Below are positions 13,200-27,630 of a stretch of 64,000 nt of DNA, one piece after another. Numbering within the stretch: the first letter of the stretch is position 1; each line of letters starts with the position of its first letter. The notes below the pieces were generated by a model. The model saw only the letters and a list, made by a program, of their open reading frames with translations. It was not told the DNA's origin and searched no databases. The position numbers and the translations under genes were made by a program. The DNA is from Ophelia neglecta (lineage: Eukaryota): positions 108,686,001-108,750,000 of the forward strand of contig OZ260661.1 of the NCBI GenBank assembly GCA_965285935.1, written 5' to 3'.

Positions 13200-15470
13200 C
13201 ATTTTGCCTCATGGTGTAACGTGAAGTTATGATAGGTTTTTGTCAAAGAGTAACTAAGAGGACTTATTTTGGGTTATGGTAGGGCTATTATAGGAAGTTA
13301 TAATTGCAGCTCACATGCAATCTGTGTTGAGCGGTTCAGGAAAGATAAACAACATATGTGCTGAGGCCTGATGCAAATTGAAAAAACATAAGCTTGTTCA
13401 TTTAATAGGACTAAATGTGTTAAAAGATGCAAGGCCGTTTCTTAGCAGCAGGCGGGCGTGGGGGAATGGAATACAAAGTTGTACAATGTTTATAAAGCGG
13501 ACTGCCCAGCCCACTACATGGCCTCCGAGCACGTAGATCGCGAGAGCTCGATCTGAGCGGACTGAAAATTAATCATGGCTGACGTACAGGTGGTCCAGTA
13601 ACACCTGATTGCCGCATTTACCGCTTACGGATGACGCGCCTTGGTTGATAAACCCTCAACAGTGGCGTCATTAGTCCCTCAATGGGAGATGGGAGCGTAT
13701 GAAAGGGACTTTTGTCGAAAATTATCTGATGTATTTAGGCAACTAGGGCTCTTGGGAATATAAAGTCCTCGAATTTCCAATAAGTGAAAATCACATGCAG
13801 AAGTGGGAGCTGGAGGAAGTGGCACAGCTTTGGATTGAAGCGATACCTAATCATATCTGCAGCCCGTCTGGTTCTTGCCCTGCACATGCAGGATTTCAAG
13901 TATTTGCAGGCTGATTCCTGGGTGGTTTTTAGCTCCGGATAGCAGCCGAAAGATCTGGATATTGACGCTAGGGCGAGTCGAGTTTTTTTTACGGAAAACG
14001 GTATTATAGGCCAAGTGACAAGGCTGAGAGTTATTAGTGAACTTATATTCAGGCAATCAGTGAGTCATATCCCAGCAGCAGAAACTAGGATCACGTTGTC
14101 TGTTGGCGTTAAGGAACGCAGATCAGGTGCATATTGTGTCTAGATGGCTGTCGTCGTGGTGCCCTGTCTTGTCAGGCCTGTAGTTTGGGAATTGACCCTA
14201 GAAGACCCTGTCTATACACCCTCCTGTAGCTGAACTGTCGGCGGAGGTACATGATTGTGTATTTTACCATGGTATCAGCCTCCACCGACTCTCACGGTGT
14301 AAACGTCAGAAAGTCAGTTTGTCTGGTAGGGTTACCTTTGCAGCTAACTGTGCAGTGGCTGCTTGTAGGACTTCCGAGAAGAAGGGTTGCTCTTCTATAT
14401 TAACACCGGCTAAATGCTCACGATAATTTGTTAAGCCTTCTGCGGGGACCTTTTTAACAGAAATGACAGCAGTGATACGTGAGAGAAACTCGAATCTTGC
14501 CAAACAGCAGTGTCAGAGGTCGTCTGCACTCGCTTTGGATCCCTCGTAGAGTAGGGAGCGTTCGCAGCTCGGTTGTGTGTCCATAGGTCTCCATCTACTG
14601 TTATGAAAATGTAAACTGCGGATGCCCACCTTACCGGCCAGCACTGTAATTAGCTCTCTTTTATGGTGGAATATGGATAAACACCATATATCAGCCGATA
14701 ACAAACATGAAGTGCTATTTTGTGACTTATGAGGGGTGGTAGAGCTAGTAAACAGCGTAAGCCACTTGGTTTTAGTCTGGATTGCATCAAAATGGATATC
14801 GAGGCCCCGGTTTATTACGAACTTGAAGAAGAAGGTGAGTGTTTCAAAAAACCACTGCTATAATATTTCTACAAAATGAAATTAAACGCCCTTCTGTAAT
14901 TTCGCTTTTCTTCCCAAGACCCTCACCCTGTGATTGTGATCTGATTTTGATGGAGTTACTCAGTACTTCATCCATTTACCTGGAGAACACCAGTCCTCAT
15001 AATTTAACAACCTTCGGAGTAGGCTAAAGGGCACAGGTGTGTCAATATGGCAATAATTAGCCTATGTATGACGTGTATGTCGTCATATTCCTGATATCTC
15101 CCCCGGATAATTTTCACCTTGCCCCGACTCTCTCATAGGTCGAGCTAGCGACAGAAACCAGCTCATCTTGACTGATCCGCATGTCAGAGGCCCTCTGACA
15201 CCTGTTGTCAACCTCGAGTATACACTGCGAGATGTTTGGCGGGAGCTCGCAGTACTGCGATGGTACAGGTACACAAGTATAAATGGAGGAGAACAGTTCA
15301 GAGCAGTGAAAATATAAACATCTCTCCCCTCTCTCTATTCAGGGCTCAGAAACTACCGCTGTGCGGCTTTACTGCTCACTTCAGTTTCTCATCAACAACT
15401 GATTCAATTGACAGTTGGTCCTTCGAAATTAAGGCGATAATTATTCTCTCTCTTTGGTCTTTTCTTGTCT
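13200..15470 (-). mobile_element. Highly decayed retroelement-like region, possibly Penelope-like
   Basis: GC-richer, coding-like sequence with many stops. Minus-strand fragments only weakly resemble Penelope segments: IIIALISKDQLSIESVVDEKLK near 15440, a YI.D.F-like stretch near 13725, and ..IIAL..NPK*VLLV near 13280. By-eye resemblance only. Confidence 0.3.
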
Positions 15471-16479
15471 AGCATGTATCCATTACACTTTTAGATTAAG
15501 GCGTTAGACGAGCTGACAGCTTATTCCATGCACCTACCTTACAGTTTTTTGTTTTAAGTACCACAGCAAACATCACGAATCACTACCTGTTCCATTGCCT
15601 TTATGTTAAGAAAAATACAAAGAAGGTTTGATGAGAAGTTTACATAAGCAGGGCAGGTGTCTGCTGTTTGTGGGTTATTCAGACAATTAAATGTGTTTGA
15701 GTGATTAGCCTTACTTCTTTATGGTAGAGCAAACCACAACACGGACTTTTCCTTTCCCAATTGCTATCTTTTTCCGCTATACTGATGGCGTAAAACCTAA
15801 CATTTTTGAGTGAGTTATAAATTGCAGCGTTCTCTAAGCAAACAGGTGATTACCTTCAGGGTGAGAACGTGACGTCACCGAATTACGGCCAATCGATTAA
15901 AATATATGGATTAACAACGACCATACAGTCATGCAATGAGTTTTTTGTGCGTAATGCATCGTTTACCTTTTAAAAACTATTCGAGTGCCTTTAACGTATT
16001 AATCTGTAATTTTACGTTTGAAGTTTATTCATCCGTGCACACTCTATTGATTGTCTATAGGAACTTTCCTTTATATTCTTTATACACAAACGTTAAAGAA
16101 ATGTTGCTGTCAAAAAGGGTCTTTAAAAAATGGAAGACACCTGCTTTATGCAACTCTTAACTTTACTTGATTATACTATATGAAAGGTTTCTTTCGTAAA
16201 AAGGTTGTCTTTAATTAAACACTTTGGTCACAAATTGACATGCTGATTTTTCCCGACATAATATGTCACCGCATATTTTGAAAGAAATGCATTCTCCTAT
16301 TTCAAGAAAAAATATGAGCTCTTGCGACAGGGCGCTGGCAAACTTCTAAAAGACTCCTTCATCAATGGAAGAGCGGGCACTTTTTTCCATTAGTGAATAT
16401 TAATCGTAGCCATGGATAGTCTTTCATTTAATCATTTAAACATTGGCCCCCTGTAACTAACTCTCACCGGTAGGTAGAC

Positions 16480-18010
16480 AAAACTGGGCACATTTCAGAA
16501 GAACAAGACTACGTCACTTCTTTCTAATTCTGGAACTGAATAGCGGTTATATCAGCCAAGCCTATTTTCACTTCCGATAATTCTTCAAAAAAATACAGTT
16601 TAGATACACTAGTGTGGCAGTGTAGATGGCCTTATGTAATCGCATATTTTGGGTTGCATCTTCTAGGCATGCTAGGTGCCTGAATGTAGAAAAAATGATA
16701 TCTGAATGTAAAACGAAGATGTCGACTGAAATTTATTGTCGATATGACGGATACGAGAGCCCCACTGATCACAATCAGATGTTAACTCGGAGAGAAACCT
16801 CATCTTTTGATGACGTAGAAAGGAAGGTGTTTTTTTTACGGCGGTCGACTTCAAGTGTGGAATGGTTCAGTATCATTGAATCAAGACGACGGGTTACTAC
16901 AATGAAGGAGCTCAGATATCTGTACCAGGTCTTACATTGAATACTGTTGATTATGCTTAACTGCTGTGAAATCCAAATTAATTTCTGCACTCAGAATTGA
17001 GGTGTTTCTTTTCTGTTAGACGAAGGAACTGTTTCCCCCGGCCTTCGTCGATCGGCTCCGCAGAGATCATACCAGGAGAATTTGCAGACCACATGCTCTC
17101 TCGAGCATGCTTTTCTGGAGGCAAACAGCTTTTCAGTGTATGAGAGGTACAGATCTGTTGTCTGAGATGGAAAAGGTGTTAGATCAAACATGGCCCCGAT
17201 CAGCAGGGTCGTCCAGACTCACTCACAATAGCAATGAAGTAGGCTAAAAAGAGCTGAGTACCCAAATTTATGAAAGGTATCCTTGATATAATAGTCTCGT
17301 GCGATAGCTTAAATCTAAAAGAGATCATGTTTTCTAATAGGCATGTTATCATCTTAATTTTTTTTACTGCGAAGAGATTTTCCAGAACTCTTTAATGCAC
17401 GGCAAACGATCTATTGGTCTCGCATCTTATGGCGGCATATTAGTTTGAATGCCTCTTAATATTTTATTGCCATTTCTCTTCATTAAGAATGGGATGAAGT
17501 GATGTGGGTGATGTCCAGGATTATGTACAGTTTCCTAATCAATTTTTTTTGGATTGTAAGTGATTGATGTAGACAGTGAGGAAAATGATATCGAATTGCT
17601 TTGCAAAAGTTCATGTCCTATTTTTTGGGGCAATTTGCAAAACTAGGGCTATAAAGCAAGGCTTTATAATTTTCAGGTGCGAATGTCGCTTGTCAGAGTC
17701 GTCTCTATACAGAGGGCAACCTCATATTTCAGCTCCAGCGCATCAATTTCTTGCCACTAGTGATTACGTTTTCCTGGCAAATTTACTTGTAGAAGTAGAA
17801 CATAATAAAACAACATGGCCAAACCACACATTTGTCGATAATCTAAAAAATACGACCGCGCCATTTGAGCAGCTGGAAAAGCTAGAGTGGCGATTAACGT
17901 CATAACATAGCAGATGAAGCACATGGGGCAAATGTTGCTTTTGCCAAGTTAATAAGTTGAGTATCGGCGGGAGAAGGGTGTCATGCAAACGTCTGAACCG
18001 CCGCATTTTT
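16480..18010 (+). mobile_element. Decayed non-LTR retrotransposon (LINE) endonuclease/RT remnant
   Basis: Fragments in the expected order: SPTDHNQM (EN SDH-like, ~16760), TRAIKQG (RT G.xQG-like, ~17645), NHTFVDNLK (YADD/FMDDLK-like, ~17830), followed by EQLEKLE. Confidence 0.55.
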
Positions 18011-18799
18011 TACACAACACGTGAATTTAATAAGCCCATCCCAGGAGAGAGGTCCTAAAATACCCGTCGAGCGCGGCATATAAATAGCAGGAAGTCTGCT
18101 CCAGGTACCGATTGGTATCTTATCAGGTTTTATTGTAACATTATCGGGTCATAATCGCCGGATGTGACGTGCGCACCCAGCAACTATGTCCGATATCGCC
18201 CGAGGAATTAACGTGAGATATCGACGAGACTTTGTTGTAGTATGAGGCGTGAGCGAGGGATTTGCCATGATCGCTTGAATCCGCCCCCCATCACGATATG
18301 ATGGATGGCACATATATATACGTGTAGATCATAGAACTGTCGTTTGAAAGGATTACAGCGATGCCCAGTTGTCATTGTGAAAAGGTTGCTAAGTCCGCTG
18401 ATGGGTATGTTACGATAGAAATAAAGTCAAAACTAGTATTACTGTCCACAGTTAATTTTGAACCATCATACCTGAATTTGAAGTGGATTCGACCAGCGTC
18501 CATAACAACAAAACATAATCTCGACTAGCTAAAGTAGGACGATATCCATATCTTTGATGGTCAATAACGTTACACTGCTCGAAAGCAGTCTATGGCCAGG
18601 GCTTAGGGTCTGGGAATGGCTTGGAAGGAGAAAAAGGTCCATTCACCTCATGTATAAAGCTTATATTGTATAAGAGTAAGTTCTACTCTGGTGTCTGAGG
18701 TTATGGCGGTAACATTGGTACACACAGCGTTATTCTTACAAGTGCTAAAACTTTGCATATATTTACGTGCATAAGGTGACTATCAGAGTATAGCTGCCC

Positions 18800-19120
18800 T
18801 GCCAAGTTCCCACCATCCCTTGCTCATTTTGCTGTCGTCTCCACGAATGTCCTTGACTGATATCGTAGGTATACAGTCTACTATTGCATGACACAAACCG
18901 GCCATGTTTATAATGTGGAAAAGGCTTTACAATCCGACCAAGAGACGTAAAATGGAGAAAGTATACCTGCAGTACCAAGTTCCCACCATCCCCTGCTCAA
19001 TTTTGCTATAGTCTTCACGAAAGGCTTCTATCGTAGGCCTATTCAGTCTACTGTTGCATGGCATCAGTTTCATAGATGTTTACGATATTTTTAAGATGGG
19101 AAAGACTTTTTAATCGGGAT
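18800..19120. repeat. Two diverged tandem copies of a ~175-bp unit
   Basis: CCAAGTTCCC(C)ACCATCCC.TGCTCA.TTTTGCT at ~18802 and ~18975, each followed by TATCGTAGG...CAGTCTACT.TTGCATG. Confidence 0.8.
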
Positions 19121-20329
19121 GCAGGAAGCTTAAGATCTTGGTGTGTAAGATTGACCAGGGCGTAGCAGGTACCAATCTAGAATGTCATGCTATTTAAGTT
19201 AGAATAATATTATGCAATGATTTTAAATTTTAAAGTGACGAATCTTATAAATGCATTCATTGATCATCATATACTTCTAATTTCTTATATATAAACAGAT
19301 ATCGTAAGAGAATTAGTCTGACAGATAGATATAAATGTAATTCAGTCAGAAGAACTTTAGACACTTACTGCAGACAACTAAACAGTCTGTCCTATAAGCC
19401 CTGTGTTTTGTCACCAAATAATACTTGCTGTTTTTGCTTTATGATAAATCGAAAAATATGATCCTCCCATAGAGGTGCACCACAAAGCATATACATGGAT
19501 TTTGTTGATTAAACATTGATATCATAGAAATTGTGTCAGTGATATATCCAATATTCTGACTCATCTGCCCCTTTTTCTCGTTCGCCTTTCCTTCGCCAAC
19601 CACATGTACGTGTTCTTTGGGTTCACTCGGTAGACGTTTTGGTGTCATAACCAAAATCTCGGATATCTTTCTTCGAACTAGATAGCAAAATTTTCAATGT
19701 TTTCTTCTAATGCGTTTTCTTTTGCGTGGAGCTTTTTCCTGTTTTTACGGTTTGTTTCTTCGTCCTAGAGTAGCATTTCAAAATGTGAGTTGCCTTCAGC
19801 ATGACAGTGTCTAGTGCTCATTGGTGATTTGGACGTCCTTCATAACTATATCTGCCCATGATCATTATTTGTCTAGATTCCCATTCTCCGTATTTTCCCC
19901 ATGCTTCTTTTTACTGAGTTTTGAAGCAGATACCAGCCTGAAGTGCTACTGCCGCCAGAAGACGCACATGTGGCATTCGGCATTCTCCTCGAAGAAATTA
20001 ATAGCCCGGTTCGGTACTCTCCGGCACTGGCTGCGCTAGGAAATCATAAAGAAGAGTGGACGTATGAGCCGCACCTAAGTTGTGTAGGATACATCCATTT
20101 CCCGGCGAGCAGCTTTCCGACCATAATAAAAACAGATTAATGAACTCAAATTGATCTTCTAATCTGGCTTCCGATTAAAGCATTGCCCACCGACGAGTAA
20201 CTGAATCAACCATCATTATTTATCCAGCCATTACCATATTCCCATATTGACTTGTTATCATGTTGATGTATAAGAAATTTTGATCTTGTGAAATGTAATC
20301 AGACTAAAGCTGCATAGGGCATGTAAGAT

Positions 20330-21175
20330 CAATAACATTAGTTATCTGAGTACTCTGCTATATAAAAACTGACATTTGTTATCTGAGAACTGCCCTATAG
20401 GGATTTAACTTTGGTTACAATTATGAGTACTCATCTATAAAAGAGATCTTACGTTGGTTATCAGAGTACTGTCTTGTGGAGAGTTAATCTTAGTTAAATG
20501 GGTACTCTAGCTCCTATAGAAATCTAACGTTGGTTATCTGAGTAATGTCCTATGGAGAGTTAACCTTGGTTTTATGGGTACTCTAGCTCCTATAGAAATC
20601 TAACGTTGGTTATCTGAGTAATGTCCTATGGAGAGTTAACCTTGGTTATATGAATACTCTAGCTCCTATAGAGATCTAACGTTGGTCATCTGAGTAATGT
20701 CCTGTGGAGAGATAACCTTGGTTATATGGATACTCTAGTTCCTATGGAGATCTAACGTTGGTTATCTGAGTAATGTCCTGTGGAGAGATAACCTTGGTTA
20801 TATGAATACTCTTGCTCCTATAGAAATCTAACGTTTGTTATCTCAGTACTGTCCTATGGAGAGTTAACCTTGGTTATATGAGTACTCTTGCTCCTATAGA
20901 AATCTAACGTTTGTTATCTCAGTACTGTCCTATGGAGAGTTAACCTTGGTTATATGAGTTATCTAGCTCCTATAGAGATCTAACGTTGGTCATCTGCGTA
21001 CTACCGGAAAGAGAACTAACTAACTTTAGTTATCCGAGCATCGTCCCATAGAGATCTTATGTTTGTTATCCCATATACCTAACATTTGTGCTCTGATCTC
21101 TATCCTAAAATAGACATAACCTAATTTATGTGATCACTCTCCTATGGAGAGCTGACGTTTGTTATCTGAGACTAT
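20330..21175. repeat. Minisatellite with a 76-bp dimeric unit (40+36 bp related subunits), ~7 well-conserved copies with degenerate monomer flanks
   Basis: CTCTAG.TCCTAT at 20505, 20581, 20657, 20733 (76-bp period). Unit: CTCTAGCTCCTATAGAAATCTAACGTTGGTTATCTGAGTA + ATGTCCTATGGAGAGTTAACCTTGGTTATATGGGTA. Confidence 0.95.
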
Positions 21176-21699
21176 TAGAATTGGAATACTGTAGTTTGAC
21201 TCATATAAAACTAAGTACGCCCAGTCCTGTAGTTTCGATTCCTTAGTGTGGTTGGTCTTTTGGTGACATTTTTTCGATGGCTGGACTGTTTTGGCTATTC
21301 GGTCTTCGATGTGGTTTCTGTAGTAGGTAATCTTAGGTCGGTTGCTGTTCTTATTTGACTAACCAAGTGACCTGTTCCAAAGGCACGTTCCTCAATTTTG
21401 CAGTTGTTATTTAGAAAAAATTGGAGTGAATACATGGCAGATAAAACAAAATCATGAATCAAGAATAGTCCAAAACAGTGAGTAGTATTATCAGTGATCT
21501 AATGTTGTTGTAGAAACATGGGTTCAGCCAAATATTATATAATATTGCATTTTTAATTGAGACCATAACTGAACTGTTATTAAGTAAATCTATTGATTTT
21601 TTATTAAAATATACAAAAAAAAATTAAAAACCTTTCTAATATTGATTTATAATTATGTAGACATCTTTTGATATAGACTGCCAGTTCGGTTACAACTTC

Positions 21700-22020
21700 A
21701 AAGGAGCAGTACAATATGAAAACAGTACAACTGTAGAAAAGTACAAACATGATAGGAAAATTATTGAAATAGCTACTACATCAAGAAAAATAAAGAAAAA
21801 TAATATAAAAAGATACACAAAAAATACACAGATAATGAAAAACATAATCAAGAATACAAAATAATATATTGGCAAAATAAACTTATACATAGATAAAGAA
21901 AAACAAATACAAGGAATTAACTCTGCAGCTGTGTCAAGGAATACTGAGTTTAGAAGTTTCACGAAAACAATATAAAAAAAGACCAGTAATAATAAAACAA
22001 TTGAGTACATAAATAAACAC
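21700..22020. repeat. A-rich low-complexity tract
   Basis: Strongly A-biased sequence; explains the spurious hydrophobic minus-strand ORF 21690-22022. Confidence 0.7.
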
Positions 22021-24149
22021 ATCCTATGATGTCCTTCATTTAAAAAAAAATATGATTTTGTGAATATTTGGACTTACAATATAATCAAAGCAATGTGGAA
22101 TTGAAATTTCTAACAATAAGCTTCCTGGAATAACAGTGTTGAGGCTTGATTTAAATCCTGTGAGTGGGTGTGCTTCCCCGAGGAAGCCTGTTCCACAGTG
22201 AGACTGCCGCGAGGGGGAATCGCCTACAACATATAGGTGACTTTTCTTGCTATGCAATGATAGAAATTGTATGTCATTAGACGGCAAGTTACGGAATCGC
22301 TGATTTTTATGCAGTCGGACACCTAAGTATGCCCGAGTCATGGCATTTAAACATTTGTTAGTCTACAGACAGATCTTGAAATCAATCTGTTGTTTCATGA
22401 GTAGCCAGTGAAGTGTTTTGGGCACTGGAGTGATGAGCCTCTCTTCGAAAGCCTGCTTGCCGCATTCTAAACAAAATGTAGCTTACGGATCAATGGACCT
22501 GGAGTTCGAGCTATGGAACTAATGCTTATATCGTTTACCTTAGAAGCGGAGCAGAGAAATATTCCTATGCAGCATGTGGAATGAACAAATTTTGAGAAAT
22601 GGTTTTCTTTTTTCATTGAAAACAAGTATGTCATTGTATTTCGGAACTATATATATACATTTTTTTGTATGTTTCCTGCAAAATAAAAAAATAACTAACA
22701 TTTTTTTTATAGTTTTGCAACTTTATTCTGATACTTGTTGTATGTAAATGCAGCTAATTTTCAAATCATCATAACAGCATCTCGTTTGCTCTAGCTCCAC
22801 ATCGACGCACGGAGATCTGTGTAATGGCGCTTGACATTGTAAAATTTATATAGTAAAAATATCATAGCATGCATGCAATAAAACAATTGAAAATAATATT
22901 ATTTTCTAATATCTGCTAAAATATATTACAAGCCTATGTTTACACATACCCCTATTTATATTTCAAAGAAGGTTTTTCAAAAGTAGAGTGTCTTTAAACG
23001 TGCTTTAAACAGCACAACTGACTAATTACGCTTCGCGTCCCTATAGATAATACTCACAAAGTAAGGGATGCGAATAAAAATCTCCCCCCTTATGCATGTT
23101 GAAGACCGGACTCGAGGAACCGTGAGAAGGCTTTTGTCATTTGATCTCAATTATATTTAGGTGCTAGGTAATGAGTTACAAGATAAGCGAGGTATATATG
23201 AGGCGTTAAGACTGGATGTCCCCACAGAGGTGAACCTTTCAGACCCTGGATGAAATGCCCTTGTCTAAATGTGTATTTGGCAAAGGAGCCCAAAAAAAGC
23301 TAATCAACACAAGGGGCTTAACAAGAAACGCATACATATAATCGTGTTCTCATCCTATTTTTTGTTATCAGTAGGGGGTCTACAATGGTTTTTCCTCTGT
23401 TTTCATTGTAAGCATGATGTGCCCGGGTAAGCTAGCGCAATATGCATGCATCTGGTTTGGTGGGCCCGATTACTTTTAACCCAAGAACTGTGTTTGACCT
23501 TGAATCAAACATTATGCCTGAGATAATATTAAAATGGTTTCGTTGGATGTAATGTATACTTGCCAGACACTTTTGAAGTTGTATTTGTCGTAACCTCTGT
23601 GTGTGCTGCGCTTCATATTCAAGACATTTATAATAGCTATAGGGATATTTTTGTCATATTCAGCAGTAATTGGATTCTTGTAGGTGCGAGGGCAGGGGAA
23701 GAAACCTGCTGAAACCATGTAGGAGACTTGCTACACAGACAAATACATTTACTGCATAAAGTGCTACATTGAAATGTAGTTCAGTATTACTGCCTGGTGG
23801 ATTTGATTTTTTGATTCCTAGTTCCTGTTATGAATTGCCAGTTGTTGCACAAAATCTACAGGGCCTCCCTTTTGGCAGTTCGACCTTTTCAAAATTAGAT
23901 TTAGAAAAAAAAAGGTCAACTCAGCCAATGTTCGGAAAACGCAATAGTACCGCTGAAGTATATAATTATACCTCTATTAGCCCTATGCAGTTCAACTTTC
24001 GGCCTGCGAGTTGTCTCTTGCGGTGTGACTTTTAAGTGACGAGGTAAACTATCGCTTTGAAAGGTCACAAAACGAAATGCTGGGATTGATTTGAGCAAGT
24101 CTAGCAATACATATTGGCAAAAACCGTATCAGCGCCGAACGAACAGAAT

Positions 24150-24430
24150 TCACTCGATGGCAGAAGCATTATTACAGTAACGCCAGTAAACGCTGACGTT
24201 TTGGTAGGTCTGGACATTGCCTAGGCGAAAGAGTTTTACTTCTCTGGCAAATAAAACCGGGATTTTATGTCTGTGTCTTCCCAACCGATATGGTTTATTT
24301 TCCCCGACTCCCGGTTTCACAGCATCTTCTCTCAGTTTTGGAGCATTTGCTCGTTTATCCAACCATGCTACTCATTGTCGGTAACAATGTGTTTATGCTG
24401 TCGACGTTTGCAAACAAGTTGCTCGCAATC
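24150..24430 (-). mobile_element. Possible decayed pogo/Tigger-type DDE transposase fragment
   Basis: One minus frame reads HIVTDNE*HGWINEQMLQN*EKML, resembling the pogo-family N.xGWM.....xWL segment; heavily disrupted. Confidence 0.3.
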
Positions 24431-26399
24431 ACATGGGCCGCACATTTAATGCCAGTAGGCTCAACATGCTACGGTTTGAGTAGACCTGTTATCGGCCATA
24501 CCGCTGGCTAAATGAATGAGCCCTTCGTATGTTTGATAAAACAGACATTTATAGCTATTTAGGTCTCATAACTTGTAGGAAATTATTGCAATGCAAGACT
24601 TGGGAGAATGACGGGTGGGAGACAAGATTTTGAGACTTAAGTCAGCAATAACATTGACGTTCGCCTGATTCCCATTTCACACTTTGATTTGGACATGTTA
24701 CTTACTGGTTTAAGTATAAGACATAGACCTTTAATACATATATTAGCTAGCTAAGAACGCAATGTGGTGCTATATTGGTCAGAAGCAAGTAATAGTTTGC
24801 GAGGGTGTTAGCCCGAAAATAAAGGCCTATATAGCTCATATAGTTACCCCTTGATATTTTTCAAGGTAATGCCTTATTTGTCTAAGTTATTTAAACAAAG
24901 TGTGCTTCATAGCACTACTTGCCACATCAGTTACAGCGAGAATTATGTCAGATTAAGCTTATCTACAGCTGCGATAAAATTAGAATTAATCACTAAAGTG
25001 GGGAATCTCCTTCTACAACTACCGACACCAAGTGTAGTAAGCCAAATCAATAAAAGCAAGTATAATACCAAAAACCAATGAAAATATTGATTTTGATCAG
25101 CTTTTTGGGATTTAACGACATATAAGTAATATGTGGTAAAAGTTAGACAATATCATACATATTGATCTAAGTTGTGTTTAGGGTAGCCAATCAATTAACC
25201 ATCTCAGACTTACATGTGAGGTTACCTATTAGGCCCATACCGAAGTATCAGTCTGTTTCTTCAGAACACACCCAGAGCTTTATATTGGAAACGTTCGTAA
25301 GGAATGTGTGCATGATGAAATATTCATAGACACAGCTAGAACTAGAGTTACCAATCCCAACAAGTCCGATAATAAATAACACACATTTATAATGCTGCGT
25401 TTTGCAGTTTATTTGGTTCAGCTTGCGGTTGATCCGACCCCCAGTTCTTCAGCACCAAATTAAAACAGCGATGTATTTCCTATTTACCCGGCGTGCAATA
25501 TCTGCATCGGCGGAAATCCTATTACTTTCTTCAACGTCATTATAACGAGGTAGATTTTCAATGACCTTAACATCATCAATATGGCTATGTCACTGAATGA
25601 TGATTTATTTGAAAAATATAGATGAATTTTTCCATTAATCAGATAGATGAAAACTTTTGGCCTTGAGGCACGATCAAATGCATACCGGGAGGCGAAATTC
25701 ACGTGTGGGCGAGTGGGGTAGTATTTTGGAATTTAATTAAACATATGAACTTTTTATATTTAACGTTCCAACTAAAATGTTATAAAGACTGCGCTTTTCT
25801 TGGGAGATTTCGCAGAATTTGTATTTTCCTAACCCAGGGTCTGCTTTCATTTGATTAAGCATTCCCTATTATTTTATATATATATATCGCTAGTTACTGT
25901 GGTCCAGGCGTGATCAGTATAAATATATAATCCCAGTCAAGGTCATAAACCGAGGTGCTGAATGCACTCAGCCAATCGCTATTTTTACAACACTATGGCT
26001 TACTTTCCTATGATTAACATAGTTTTTAGCGTCAGCGCCTTTGATTTGAACGATTGTCGGGAAAATATAACGTTAATTCCGTCCTTCCCGAACACCCAAA
26101 TTGGCTCATTCGGCGATTAGTTAAGCACTATTTTGGTTGAATTTCCTCAAAATCGGTGCTGAGTTTCTCTATAGTCGATTTATTTTAAAACTAAAATTGG
26201 TATCGGCGTAAACAGAGACCTACAACTGCTATGGATTAACTTAACCGCTTGGTGCAGAAATATTGAAATTGGCTAACAGGTCACTGCCTGCAAATGCTTA
26301 TCTTGGTTGGACAACAAAACCATGTAGTGTATACCAGCAGTTAAAGAAAACAAACTGAGCCAAATTGTGTGCGATAGAAGATATGAGTGAAATGGCTAC

Positions 26400-27250
26400 A
26401 ACAATTTGCTGCTGCGGATGTTACCTCTTCTCATCTGGTCCGATTGTTTGTAAATCAACATGGCGGACCGGCGTTCGGTGAGCAGGAGTGGGGGAGGAGT
26501 AGATAGTCGAAGGCCTAGTCACAACCGACGGCCAGTCATATATTGGTTTACTGATAAACTCACAACCAAACCGATCTCCCAATAGGAATCCTGCCATGTA
26601 AAATATCTCTCTCGGGCTAAGTAACTCACCATTTGACCCCACGTGGCTCCCACTGAGTGCCGTGCTTTCGTCCGTACCCTGAAGGTCACACAGGACCGAT
26701 GGGTCAAATTGTAATATAAAGGCCAATTGCACCGCGAAATATACCATTAAATTATGATCTAAGAGGCGGAGTAAACTAAACGGAAAATGTTTTTAAATTG
26801 AATAAGGGGTAGATTGAAGTGAATTTCTTCGACCTTGTCAGTTGAAACTCGTTCCACTTGAAATATATTAAAGATCTTTGACATTCCACTGCAGGAGCGC
26901 TAACGATGGCTCTAGTGGTAGGGACGAATGGCCAATGGATCTCGTCTCGGCAGATAACTCGTATACTATCGTGATAACGGGAGCACTTGGGTATATAAGT
27001 GTTCGAGGCATAAAACAACTTTCAGTTACGGCACTTGTGAACCAAATGACCATCCTGTGGGCTTGAATCAGGTCTTGGCTGTAATTACGCCTCAAGTCTA
27101 AGCATGTAACAGGTCTGTAACAGGTTTCTTGTTAGCGAAACCTACAAGTGGGTGCACTATGGCCTCACTACATAAGCCAAGGCCTCGGCTTAGGGTAGGC
27201 CGCAAGTGTTTTGCACCATTGACCCACACGATTGTTCCAGTGAGATGGCA
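26400..27250 (+). mobile_element. Decayed CR1/L2-type LINE endonuclease remnant
   Basis: DRRSVSRSGGGV (~26465; DR..GGGV motif), then YTIVITGALG (IIxGDFN-like) and LVNQMT (LxQxV..PT-like) in the expected order. Confidence 0.5.
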
Positions 27251-27259
27251 TATGGCTTG

Positions 27260-27630
27260 TATCCTAGCTTGTCTGTGATAACGCCTTACGACAGGGCCTG
27301 TATCATGTCTTGTGTGATCAAACCTCATGACAAGGCCTGTATCATGTCTTGTCTGTGATCACGCCCAATGAGAGGGCCTGTATCATGTCTTGTTTGTGAT
27401 CACGCCCAATGAGAGGGCCTGTATCATGTCTTGTGTGTGATCACACCCTATGACAAGGCCTGTATTATGTCTTGTCTGTGATCACGCCCAATGAGAGGGC
27501 CTGTATCATGTCTTGGGCGTGATCACACCCTATGACAGGGCCTGTATCATGTCTTGTGTGTGATCACACCCTATGACCAGGCCTGTAGCATCTCTTGTCT
27601 GTGATCACGCCCAATGAGAGGGCCTTTATT
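27260..27630. repeat. 41-bp minisatellite, ~9 copies, two interspersed variants
   Basis: GGCCTGTATCATGTCTTGT.TGTGATCAC followed by either GCCCAATGAGAG or ACCCTATGACA; 41-bp period. Confidence 0.95.

Noticed and set aside
21690-22022. Hydrophobic 110-aa minus-strand ORF resembling a membrane protein
   Set aside because: Artefact of an A-rich low-complexity tract.
20330-27630. The 76-bp and 41-bp tandem arrays as CRISPR-like repeat-spacer structures
   Set aside because: No unique spacers; units are contiguous tandem repeats, there are no cas genes, and the context is eukaryotic.
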